A DNA stretch of 64,000 nucleotides. It comes from Heteronotia binoei (Eukaryota). Shown piece by piece: positions 36,022 to 47,336 of the stretch. The notes beneath the pieces are model-generated. The model saw only the letters and a list, made by a program, of their open reading frames with translations, was not told the origin of the DNA and searched no databases. The first letter of the stretch is position 1, and each line of letters opens with the position of its first letter. Position numbers and translations under genes: made by a program. Location of the stretch: positions 259,718,001 through 259,782,000 of the forward strand of contig NC_083223.1 in NCBI RefSeq assembly GCF_032191835.1, given 5' to 3'.

Positions 36022-36148
36022 CTGCTTGATTTGTGATGTATGTCATGTTGGTTGGATCCAGCTCCTTTGCTTTGTTGTAATGCTTCAGGGCTGCTTCGAA
36101 GTCTTTCTTCTTGTAGGCCTCATTTCCCAACTCCTTCTCTTTGAGAGC
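36022..36148 (-). CDS. STIP1: STIP1 exon 6 (127 nt)
   Basis: [42 protein letters not shown]; AG/GT boundaries. Confidence 0.97.
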
Positions 36149-36468
36149 CTGTGAAAAGCAACCAAGGGGCCTTTAAATGGTAGTCACTCTGGGACGAGTT
36201 CCACAGTTGAGTAGAAACTAGGGACACTTCAGGATGCAGACTTTTATTGCAGAATAAACAGACTACATGATGGCAGACAAAGCGTGGGTACAAAAAGAGA
36301 GGAGGGGAGAAAAGAGGGAACATTGCTCAAAAGAGAGAACATTGCAATGTTCTCTTTTCTCCCCTCCTCCCTTCTTGTACCCACACTTTATCTGCCATCA
36401 AGTAGTCTTTAGCATACCGTCATATAATGCCTAGCAATCTATTAAGTTAATGTACACACATGAATTCA

Positions 36469-36845
36469 TATGAAGTTGCATTACAGTGAATCAGACCACT
36501 GGTCTATCAAAGTCAATACTGTCTACTCAGCCAGTTATGATATCCAAAAACTGGATCCCTTGATAATCTGCAAGGGCCTGCAAGACTGTACTGTTTTGGA
36601 TGGCATATAACATCTAACGGGAGAGGGCTGACACTGCATCTGGATCTATCGCACTTCAGCACTAACTGCCTAGGATCTGCACACGTTGAGAAAGGAAAAT
36701 ATTATATTGGAAGAAGAAGAAGGATTTCCATAGAGGTCTTTCACATCACCTACTGCCTGGTCTTTTCAACTGGAGATGCTGGGGACTGAACCTGGGACCT
36801 TCCCGCATGGCAAACAGATGCACTGTCACTTAACTGAGAGGAAGG
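36469..36845 (-). mobile_element. Squam2-like SINE interrupted by a 180-bp insert
   Basis: Colinear with other copies on both sides of 36528-36730. Confidence 0.75.
36528..36707 (+). repeat. 180-bp direct repeat, copy B
   Basis: 177/180 identical to 35197-35376. Confidence 0.95.
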
Positions 36846-37008
36846 GAAACTACCAGAGTGTGAAGCATTACTATGCAAAACACAACTGACAACAAGATCC
36901 AGGGGGAAATGCCACAGGGAATGCACACCACCCCCAAATGGGGGTGAATCACGATGAGTAGTGAACACAGGAAAAGGACAATGAGAAGTGTCCTACCTTC
37001 CCTGTGAG

Positions 37009-37197
37009 AGGTTGTGGTTCAGTGGAAGAGCCTCTGCCTTACAGGCAGAAGGTCCCGGGTCCATCCCTGGCACCTCCCGTTAAAAGGAACCAGGTAATAG
37101 GTGATGTGAAAGACCTCTGCCTGAGACCATGGAGAGGCACTGCCAGCCTGAGAAGACAATACTGACCTGGATGGCAGTGGTCTGATTCTGTATAAGG
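37009..37197 (+). mobile_element. Squam2-like SINE
   Basis: Same family. Confidence 0.78.
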
Positions 37198-37511
37198 AAT
37201 GGTGATCCATGGTGAGGTACAGTGGGGAGGACTGGCAGGCTAGAGTGAGGTGTAACTGCTCCCTCGTCTACAATTGCAGCTTGGCTGAAGGAGAACGAGG
37301 AGTGGTTACCAACTCCTTGCCCTTTTCTCATTCCAGCATATCCAACTATCTGGCTGCACCTCTGCAGGGATCCCGAAGCCCCAGAAAGGATCTTCCTGAG
37401 GGTGGGAAATAGCTGCAGCCAAGGAGAAGAGGAAAACTACAGCTTCTGTGCACATAGAAGTAGGAGACTGCCAAGTTATGAGAGAGCTCTTGGACTGAAA
37501 AACACATCCCT

Positions 37512-37752
37512 GAAGAAAAACGAGAGCTGGTTTTTGTATCCCACTTTCATCTATTTTTAAGGAGTCTCAAAGCAGCTCACAATCATCTTCCCTTCCTCTC
37601 CCCACAACAAGCACCTTGTGAGGCAAATGCGGCTGCAGGACCTGTGACTGGCCCAAGGTCACCCAGCAGGCATCACGTGGAAGAGGAGTGGGGAATCAAA
37701 TCTGGCTCTCTAGATTAGGGGCCACCCCTGTTAACCACTACACCACACTACC
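37512..37752 (-). mobile_element. Squam3-like SINE (older variant)
   Basis: Same head and tail, different central segment. Confidence 0.7.
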
Positions 37753-37911
37753 TCTCCACCAAAGGGAGGTCTGCTGCGTTAGAAGCATCTTAGCCTTTTA
37801 AGCTTGGCTGCCTTGAAGTTGCTCCCCATTTTCTACCATTGCCTAAACGTGAAGTGAGTATACAGTAGAAGCCAGTGATATCTGTGATGCTTTGTGGTCA
37901 GTGGTCAGTAC

Positions 37912-38080
37912 CTGCTTCTTGTTCTCTGGGAGGTCTTCCTCCATGGGCTCTGGCTTCGGCTCCTTCTTGGGAGGAGGAGGCGGGGGTGGAGACATCGCTT
38001 CGTCCTCATCATCTGCACTGGCCAAGTCTACTCCAAGCAGAACCCCCAGGGTTGTCATCACCCGCGGGTCCTTCAATTTC
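37912..38080 (-). CDS. STIP1: STIP1 exon 5 (169 nt)
   Basis: [56 protein letters not shown] (DP1 and linker); AG/GT boundaries. Confidence 0.97.
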
Positions 38081-38689
38081 CTGTTAGGAAATAGGGCATG
38101 GATCAAGTAAATTGCACTCTGCAAACAGTAGGATCCAGAGCTTCTACCTTTGCCTCTGCTACAAATGTTGTTTACAGCCATACTTATCACAGAATCATAG
38201 AAATGGAAGGGACTTGTCAAAAATTAAAACGCAGTCCACGTAATGCCTTTTACTAGGCTGGCTGCAATGCTACAGAGCCACTCAGTGCTCAAGTTGCTAT
38301 TAGTCTCAGTTCTATCTCTGTAAATATCTAGACAAAGGCAACTTTCATCACAAGATCATCAACCTTGTTAGTCTTTCCAAAGTTTGCAGAGCACTTGTGC
38401 TGTTGAGATGGTGAGAAGCCGCATAAAGGCCTGGCTTATCAATATCCAATCATACTTCCTATGCATATTATTATTATTATCATGACTGCAGGCTGTAAGG
38501 TACTGGAGCTCAGTTTTGGAGAGTAGGCCAAAAAAATGGCTCACCCACCAAGGCTGACAGCCGACACACACCAGTTTCCTACCTGGGGAGATTGCTGGAA
38601 AACACAACTATGGAGGACTCTTTTGAGGCCCTGGAACTGGAATTAGACCAATGTTTATCCACTGGAGGGCAAATCTAACGCTAGGAAAC

Positions 38690-38860
38690 ACAGAACAAAG
38701 TCTGAGTTCAGTGGCACCTTTAAGACCAACAAAGTGTTATTCTGCACATAAACATTCATGTGCATGCACACTTCTTCAGATACCCAGAATTAAATGTTGG
38801 TTTTAAAGGTGCTGCTGGACTCAAACTTTGTCCTGCTGCTGCAGACCAACACAGCTACCC
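38690..38860. repeat. Penelope-like fold-back repeat with a hammerhead remnant
   Basis: Same arms; remnant on the minus strand at about 38745-38785. Confidence 0.65.
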
Positions 38861-40304
38861 ACTTGAAGCTAGGAAGCACAGTAATTGCAGGTCCAACACC
38901 ATATACTGAAGCTGCTGTAGAGTGTATAAAGTTAGATCATGGGAGATGTGGAGCAACTGCAGCTTAGCGATAAGAGAACACCCACTGAGCTCTGGTCTAC
39001 AGCCAGCCAATGTGCTCTTGGCAGCACCTTCTCAAACAGATGCTGTCGGTTGCTGCCGCTGCCAGAGAGGTGCTATGGATTTCCTGGGAGCTAGATACCA
39101 CACCTCAAAGGAAGGACAAGGAATCAACAGGAGCAAAGATGGCTTAACTTCTGAAAAGTGAACTAACATTAAGACACAGACAATGAAGATAAATATTAAC
39201 ACTTAACTAGGAGCTGTGGGATGTTATGTTTAGGGATAGACATGAACTACATTTTTGTGATTTGTTTCAGTTTGTGGCCAAACCAAATCATGAACCGGGA
39301 GGTTGGTTTGTGAACAGAACTGGTTGACAGCAGTTTGTGGACCCTGCTTTTTGCCTCCTGCCACTTTTTGTGGGGAGAAGAAAGCAGGGGTTTCAATGGC
39401 TTGGAACCCTTTAATCCTCCGCTTTCTCTCAGGAACCGCCATAATTTGTGGAACTTCTCATGGCGCTCTTCAGTTCATGATCCACAAACCAGCCAAAATT
39501 AATCACAAATGTTAAGTTCCCATACCTAGTTATTTCAGATAGTATGGGCTAAAAGAAAACCTCCTCTCAGGCAGCTCTATAAGCACAGAAAATACAGAAC
39601 TCTGCTGCAGTTAAGTTACCAACTAGACCTAGCAAACTCTGCTGACATAGTACAAAACATCAGCATTTTGAACAGAGAAAATTAACCAGATATGGTATAT
39701 CCACAGATCTTATGTTCTCACTCCATTAAACTAAACCTTCTTGCTCTCTAACTCATAACTTTTAAGCTCTGTCAACCTCCCCCTGTCAGAATTCAACTCT
39801 TTTCCTGCACAAATCTCAGGGACTGGTTCAGTTTGCTGCTCTCATGGACTCATGTGTTGCTGGGGTAACATTTCTGAACTCTACCTCCAGACCTTGGGAG
39901 TGAAGATCTATCTCATTCCCGAGGAGGAACTCAGGGACACTGTCACTATCATAAATATGACTGAATTCTGTTCCCAAACCTTTCTAGCACTTCACAATGC
40001 AGAAAGCTCTATTATTTTGTTGGATGTTGGAACTAATTATGTATGGTGTGATATGGATATATAGGTTTTTGTTTCCTCCTAAATATCGTCTTCTATTACT
40101 ATAAAAAACAGCATCTTGATTTTATTAGGTCTCTTATCCCTTAACCATCTAACTGCTTCGATCACAAGCCCTTAGTGAGCAGAATCACTTGTGTTTGGGA
40201 CAAAAAAGACACTATTCCAAACTGCTCTGAGCCAGCAGAAATGTAACACATCTGAAACATCTGGGCACAATCTCTGGTGGTGATAGTGAAAAGTGCCAAA
40301 TTGC

Positions 40305-40472
40305 TGGTGACTTTTGGTAACCAAGGAGGGTTTTCAAGACAAGAGACATTCATAGGTGGTTTGCCACTGATTGTCAATGTGTAGCGACTTCCTTGGTAGT
40401 CTCCCATCCAAACACTAACCAGGCCTGACCCTGCTTAGCTTCTGAGATCAGACCATTCTGGGACATCAAGGT
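40305..40472 (-). mobile_element. 5S-derived SINE
   Basis: Same family. Confidence 0.7.
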
Positions 40473-41606
40473 CAGGGCAGATCTCTGGTACTTCAAGTTT
40501 AACAGGACTCTTTAGAAAGTCTGTCAAAGATCTCTGCTGGAGATCTCTGGAAGCAGCTGCTTGTTGGGAGTAGGTAATACTACAGTGGAGAGATCCATGG
40601 TCTCCCTCACTGTAAACCAGCTTTATCTGTGCTTTTTTCAGCATGTCACAAATGCAATTAACACAGGCAACTGTGCACACCAGCAGCCTTACGCTAAAGA
40701 GTTGCCAGTCACACCAGACCCATCCCAAGAGGGACTTCAAGTCAAAATCAATCGGTTTCCCAAACCAAAATGAAAACCAGGGGCTATGTGCTGCTCTCAC
40801 ATCTCTGTCTGGTTATTCTTGAACTCTGCATCGAAATCTTGCCGCCTAAACCTCACAGCAGTTTCCTACTGGTAGGAACCAAGACAGTAGGCATGAACAC
40901 CTGTCCCTGTCAAACTACGCATCCCATTTTCATTACTTTGTCTGAGCTATAACACAAAAGAAATGACTTTTTCATGCACTACCAATGGACTAAGTCACCC
41001 AATTGCCCATGGCAATGGAAGCGTAAAGGCTATCACGTCACTTGCCATCATCACTACACCTGACGATAATGAATTCTGTCCCTAGCAGTTTCCAAGGATG
41101 ACGGCACTTCTATCTCAGCCTCCTTTCAAAGATGCAGACAACACTGTGGTAGATGAATGGTATCTCCACATACAGGCAATCTACCTGTGAATACCAGGTG
41201 CTGATGACAAACGCTATGAATCCCATATCATATTAAGAAGCACCACGGAGACTGCCTGCTGCTGGAGACACAGTACTATAGTCGACAGACCTTTCGTTTG
41301 ATCCATTAAATCCCAGGGTCCCCAACAAGGTGCCATGGCCCCTGCTGACCCTTTTTCTGGCACCCCACAAGGCTTCTGATTGATTACTGGAGATTTCATT
41401 GGCTGCCACCAAGCATGAGGATCTATTCTGTGTTGCCAGAGTTAAAAGATGCAGTAATCGTTTTGTGGCTGGCTCTGCCTCTTATGGCAACCATTTTGTT
41501 GTTGCTCCCACTACGTCGTCAGAATTCCAAATGTGCCAGCAGGCTCAAAAAAAGTTTGGGGTCCTCTGCAGTTAAGTGAATTCAAGCTCCCCACCCCAGC
41601 ACTTAC

Positions 41607-41748
41607 GTCCCCAGCTCCGATGGCTTGTTGCGGAGCTGCTCGATCAGCTCTCTGTAGCTCGGGTCACTGAGCAAGCCTCTCGTGCGGGGGTCGCTCTCCA
41701 GCTTTTGGTAGAGGTTAGGCATGTTGAAAGGGTTCATGAGATTCCTTT
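41607..41748 (-). CDS. STIP1: STIP1 exon 4 (142 nt)
   Basis: (E)[46 protein letters not shown](T); AG/GT boundaries. Confidence 0.97.
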
Positions 41749-42440
41749 CTGAAGGGGCAAGCGAAAGAAGAACATCAAGGAAGCCAAGAGCTGTACTGGC
41801 TGGATAGCAATAAACTTTGAACCTAAAACTCTCTCTGCAAGACTTCCCTTCTTTTGGACATGCAGCGCAGGGCTTGGCGGCCGCCTGTGCCAAGCGTTGT
41901 ACAAAGGAACCAATTCAGGGAGGAGGCTTTGCCAATAGACACAGTCTTTATTTTCTTCCCAAGGTACTGCAAACTCCTCTGGTGTCTCCACAGACTAGTT
42001 TAAAAGGTTCCTAGGATAGGACAGAACTTCCTAAACAGAGGCAAATGACTACTACTGGAAGCCGGAACAGGCCACGTCCCTCATTCTGACCTATGCATGC
42101 GCACATGATAAATACACCATATGTGCTGCCAGTGATGTTGCTGAAAGCAACAAGAGCTCTTACTACTGGAAACAACAATGTTTAGGGTCAGGTCAGACAC
42201 AACACAAAGCCACGGTTAGTTTTGCACAACCAGGCTTTGCCTCACACACAGTCACTGAACTCTGGTTTGCCTCAAATTGTTGGTTTCATTTTCCTCTGCC
42301 TCCCGGGAATGATCCAGCTGGTATCCCAGGCTGTATTGCTGGGAGGGTGGTGCTGGTGAACAAGCCAGGACATCCCCCCTTCTATGTCACTCAAAATTAT
42401 TTTTTTTTTTTGTGCAGTCAAGTCACAGATGAGCTATGGC

Positions 42441-43094
42441 CAGGGATGGCTCTATGGGGCACAGCACCCCAGGCATTTTTCATTTCATTTCATTCGATTT
42501 ATATCCCGCCCTCCCCACCGAGGCGGCTCAGAGCGGCTCTTTGCTGCCTGCTGCCCCCCCCCCCATGGTGCTGTGCCGCCTCTGCCCCCCCCCCCCCCGC
42601 AGCACCACCTCCTCTCCTCCCCTCTATTTTAATGCCTGGAACCGTGGTAAAGCGCTGCGTTCCGGGGCTCTTGAAAGGCCTCTCCCTCTTGCCAATCAGC
42701 TGATTGGCAGGTAAAACCACGCCAGAGGCTTGCAGCTTCTATGCTGCCCCTCCGGCGCGCTCATGATTAGTGTGGAGGCAGCAGTGGTGGGAAGGATGAG
42801 TGAGCCGCTGCCTTGCTCGTCCTTCCTGCTGCCGCCGCCCCTACGCTGATCGTGAGCACGCTGGAAGGGCAGCATAGGAGCCGACGGCTTCCAGTCAGCT
42901 GATTGGCGGGGGAAGAGCCCCAGAACGCAGTGCTTTACCATGGTTCTGGGCATTAAAATAGAGAGGGAGGGAGGGAGGCAGCAGCTAGGGAGGCAAATAG
43001 GCATTTGCCTAGGGGGCAAGGCCGAATTTGATGCTCCCGCCATGCTGGCATCTTAGGCAATTGCCTAGTTTGCCTAGTGGGTAAGCCGGCCCTT
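42441..43094. mobile_element. hAT MITE with a GC-rich palindromic core and an L2 tail insert
   Basis: Ends cagggatggct/agccggccctt; flanks gctatggc/cctatggc. Confidence 0.7.
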
Positions 43095-43109
43095 CCTATG
43101 GCGACCCTG

Positions 43110-43297
43110 TAGGTTTTCAAGGCAAGAGACATTCAGAGGTGGTTTGCCACTGTAGCAACCCTTGTGTTCCAGAGGTGGTTTGCCTCGTGTAGCAACCCTT
43201 GCGTTCCTTAGTAGTCCTCCCTCCAAATATTGACCAGGGTCAACCCTCCTTAGCACCCCAGACTTGACGAGACTGGAATAGCCTGGACTGTCAAGGC
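43110..43297 (-). mobile_element. 5S-derived SINE
   Basis: Same family, with a short internal tandem duplication. Confidence 0.7.
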
Positions 43298-43882
43298 CAC
43301 TCAAAACTAGCTGTGGTTGATAGACCAGCTTCCAATCAAGCTGCAGTGAAATTAAACTATGGCTTTGTGCGATGTCTGATCTGAAAGTTTTTTGTCATGC
43401 AGAAGGCCCTCTTCAGTGAACACACTTGGAACTAACCAACGATGGGACACCTAGGGCACAGCAGCACCGAAATCCTCTCTGCATGGCTCCCAGGGCGGTA
43501 AAGATCTCTGGTCCTCCTGGGAAAGAGGTGCTCGAACATGCATCACCTAGCAATGGCCATTTTGCAGTCACTAAAGGAACACCATCCCACACATCTGATT
43601 TTTAAAAATGGCTCTTGCCTTTCCAGGTTAGGTTTACGAAGATAAACCCACTTGCTCTTCTATGCCCTCCACTAGCAACTATGCTTAGCATATACCAAAC
43701 AAGCCCCTTCCATCTCCTAGGTCAATGCAGGCCCCCCGAAGCTGTTCATGAGATCCAGGAAGTGCTCCAGTGGAGTCCTCATAGTTATCCAACTACCACT
43801 GAGGATGAGACATTTCCTTATTGGAAAATAAGCGGGGAGGACAGAGTACAAACCTATGGATCAGACACACATTGGATATTCC

Positions 43883-44066
43883 CAGGGCTTTTTTGAGCAG
43901 GAACGCAGTTCTGGCTGGCTTGGTGCCAGGGGGTGTGGTCTAATATGCTGATGAGTCCCTGTTGGGCTTTTTCAACAAAAAACCCTGTGCGAAATAAGTG
44001 ATGCCAGGGGTGTGGCCTAATATGCAAATGAGTTCCTGCTGGGCATTTCCTACCAAAAAAGCCCTG
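43883..44066. mobile_element. hAT MITE (CAGGGCTTTTTT ends)
   Basis: TIRs cagggctttttt/aaaaaagccctg; TSD gatattcc/gatgttcc. Related sequence occurs at 58711-58945. Confidence 0.8.
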
Positions 44067-44291
44067 GATGTTCCTCATTTGAGGCCTCCTCTGAGCCAGG
44101 CAGACTACTGGGTGGGAGTATCTTTGCAAGTCAAGGCAATGGATAGCAGGGTTCCTCCTAGCCTAGGACTTAGCAGACTCCTCTTTGGAACCATTTCTCA
44201 AACCCTTATTTCAATTAAACCGCAGAACTAAGGTCAGCACGCTTTCAGGAGCCATGAGGAAAAAAAGCAGTCCAAACCACGGCTCTCTTAC

Positions 44292-44433
44292 CCGCCAGCC
44301 TGGCTTCCATGTTCTGGAGGCCTTCCTTCAGCTGTGCGTTGCCTGGCTCGTGTTTCAGGCCTTCTTCGTAAGTCTTCTTGGCCTCTTCAAAGCGGTTTAG
44401 GAATTCCAAGGCAGCTGCCTTTCGGGAGTAGCC
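44292..44433 (-). CDS. STIP1: STIP1 exon 3 (142 nt)
   Basis: [47 protein letters not shown]; AG/GT boundaries. Confidence 0.97.
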
Positions 44434-45329
44434 CTACAGACAACAGGGAAGAGGCGAAATCAGGCTTTTAGGAGGCAAGAAATGCCACTGCCCACCCCCC
44501 ACCCCCCGCAAAACATGACATTCCATATCACTGACAGCTACTATAGGGGCCTAAAGTAAAATCCCAAAGGAAACTGTGTTCTATGGTCTGTTATATTCAA
44601 AATTATATACAGAATTAATAATGCATTCCACAATTGAACAAACAAATTACAAGTGAAAAGCAAAAGTCCCAAAGGCTAAGAAAGCCTCAGCAGGTGTATA
44701 CTGGCAATGTCCTTGAAGTAACAGTAAGTAGTCTTCCTCAGAAGTACAAGTTGCAAATATCTTTATAGGTATGGCATGATGTATTGAAGCCCCAAAATAC
44801 ACATATACAACGCGATTTCCGGATGTCTAACGTGTTTCAAGGACGTAGCCCTTCCTCAGGTAAGTCTTATTCCAATCCAGGGCAATTCTCCTAGCCAAGT
44901 TTTACACACTCATACATTCAACTTCTACTTAGAGATCCCAATTCACAACTTCTTACAGCCATACAGCTTCGCATAATTCAAATTCTTGGGTCGTATCCCA
45001 CTTCAGGGGCTGCAGATCATTCCATGTGCTGCTTGAGAACCGAGACTGCATGAAGGTGATGGTTTCCCTGGCTCTGAACTAGAGGGCGGAAGGTGTTACT
45101 GAAGCCAAGGAAACCATAAACTATGAGCATTTATGAGCAGGGGTCATGGATCAACAGTACAGCACCTGTTCGACACGCAGATGGTGGGATAGGCCCCTGA
45201 ACAGCTGCTGCCAGAGCAGATAAGGCAGTTTCATATATTCATACAGACCATATCAACAGCCTGAGCACTAAAAATCCTGCAATGCCTACTTGCAAAGACA
45301 TCGGTGTGCTGGCAAGCAAGATACTGAGA

Positions 45330-45577
45330 GAAGAAGACTGCAGATTTATACCCCACCTTTTTTCCGAATCAGAGACTCAGAGCGGCTTGCAATCTCCTTT
45401 ATCTTCTTCCCCCACAACAGACATCATGTGAGGTGGGTGGGGCTGGGAGGGCTCTCACAGCAGCTGCCCTTTCAAGGACAACTCCTGCGAGAGCTATGGC
45501 TAACCCAAGGCCATTCCAGCTGCTGCAAGTGGAGGAGTGGGGAATCTGCACTTAACCACTATACCAAACCGGCTCTC
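45330..45577 (-). mobile_element. Squam3B-like SINE
   Basis: Same family. Confidence 0.85.
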
Positions 45578-45914
45578 AAAGAGGGAGAGGCGAAGGTCAG
45601 ATGCACCAGGAGCAAACTGATTCCCAGCAGCCCTCCCAGTGCTTTGGGGGGTTCATTGACTCCTCAAGACAGAATATGGCTCTGCAGTTGCAGCAAAATA
45701 GTCTGACGTGTCACTGCCTGGCACATGCCTGCCAGTCCCTGGACCAGACTTTCTGAAAGGGGACAGTTACAGAATTCTTTTGTGGGAATTGCTAAGGCAG
45801 AAACGGTGCTCTCGGCTGGAACCAGAAGTGGGTCTAGACAAGGCACAGGGAATTCCAAGCACACAGAAGATTTTTGTGCCCTGAGAAGAGCCTCGGCTAG
45901 AAAGAGCTTCTCAC

Positions 45915-46124
45915 CTTGCCCCACTCTGGCTTCAGCTCGACGGTCTTGCAAGCATCTTCCAAGGCTTTCTGATATTCCCCCTTTTTGGCATATGCCGCAG
46001 ACCTGTTGCTGTACAGCACGTGGTTGGAGGAGTCCAATTTAATGGCCTCAGAGTAGTGCTTGATAGCTTCTGCCGTGTTCCCTGAGCTCAGGGCTTTGTT
46101 ACCTTTCTCCTTCAACTCGTTCAC
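45915..46124 (-). CDS. STIP1: STIP1 exon 2 (210 nt)
   Basis: [70 protein letters not shown] (TPR1); AG/GT boundaries. Confidence 0.97.
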
Positions 46125-46701
46125 CTGAGAAGCATAAAAAAGAGAGAGAAAGAGAAATCAAAGGCTTGTAAAGGAACCTGTGTGCTAGTAACCCAGTAAA
46201 CTAACCTATTTCCCCACTGCACTATTTCTTAATAAACACTGAGCTACCTAGACTAGCTACCCTATTATAATCTGCATCCACCTGCATGTTCTACTTTTAT
46301 GAACTGCGTTCAGGTTACAAAAGGAAAGGAAGAGTCTTTCGAACTACAAAAGATCTTGGTGTTTTGAAAAAAAAAACACAGACCTTCAGAAATTGGCTGT
46401 TACTTAAAGACTGAACAGCTAAAGTTCAATTTCAGCATCTCCTACAGATATTGCAACCGCACAGTATTTCATTTTAACCAGGCTGCAACCCATACAAAAT
46501 GGCTGCCTCAGCCAGTGTCAAATATACAAGGTAGGCAGGGATGCCAGCCAAAAAAGAATTCCTTTCAACCAACCAGTTTGCATAGGGCCGTGACTGGAGA
46601 CTGCAACAACGCCTTTCTGAATTCTTAGGAGTTTGCTCTGCTCTCCAAAGAACATCTGGGGGCAGTGGAAGTCGATTGCAGAGCTCTGCTTGTGAGGAGA
46701 T

Positions 46702-46879
46702 TGGCCGTGACTCAGTGGTAGAGCTTCTGCCTGGAATGCAGGTTCAATTCCTGCCACCTCCAGTTAAAGGATGCGGTAGCAGCTAACATGAAAGACTTCT
46801 GTCCAAGACCCTGCAAAGTCTGAGCAGACAATACTGTGATGGACCAATGGTCTGATTCAGTCTAGGGTAGCTTCATGTG
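46702..46879 (+). mobile_element. Squam2-like SINE
   Basis: Same family. Confidence 0.75.
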
Positions 46880-47159
46880 TTCAGTTTGGGCTCCACCCAA
46901 CTGTTTCTCAGTGACACGCACACAAGACCATAGTAATATAATGCATTCATGTGCTTTTTGATTTTGTCATCCATCACCCTACAGAACCTCCACTTCTTAC
47001 AAGTCAAAAATAGTTTTCTTTGTATTAGTGACAACAGCGGGAAAACCTGCAAAACCTTCACTAATGGTTAGTACAGTCTCCAAGGACCAAACATAACTGC
47101 CATGGGGGAGCCTCCTCCAGCCCATAACTCCTTAGTTAGCCATCTCTTCCAAATACGTG

Positions 47160-47336
47160 ACATTGCCTTATACTGAACCAGACTACTAGTACATAATGGT
47201 CAGCACAGTCTACTCAGAGTGGCAGTGGGTCTCAGGCAGAAGTCTTTCACATAATCTACTATCTGTTTTTATAACTGGAGATGCTGGGGATTGAATCTGG
47301 GACCATCTTCGTGGCAAGCAAGATGCTCTGCCACTG
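47160..47336 (-). mobile_element. Squam2-like SINE
   Basis: Same family. Confidence 0.72.

Noticed and set aside
40960-41090. Possible intronic C/D snoRNA (minus-strand GTGATGA)
   Set aside because: No box D (CTGA) or terminal stem at a suitable distance.
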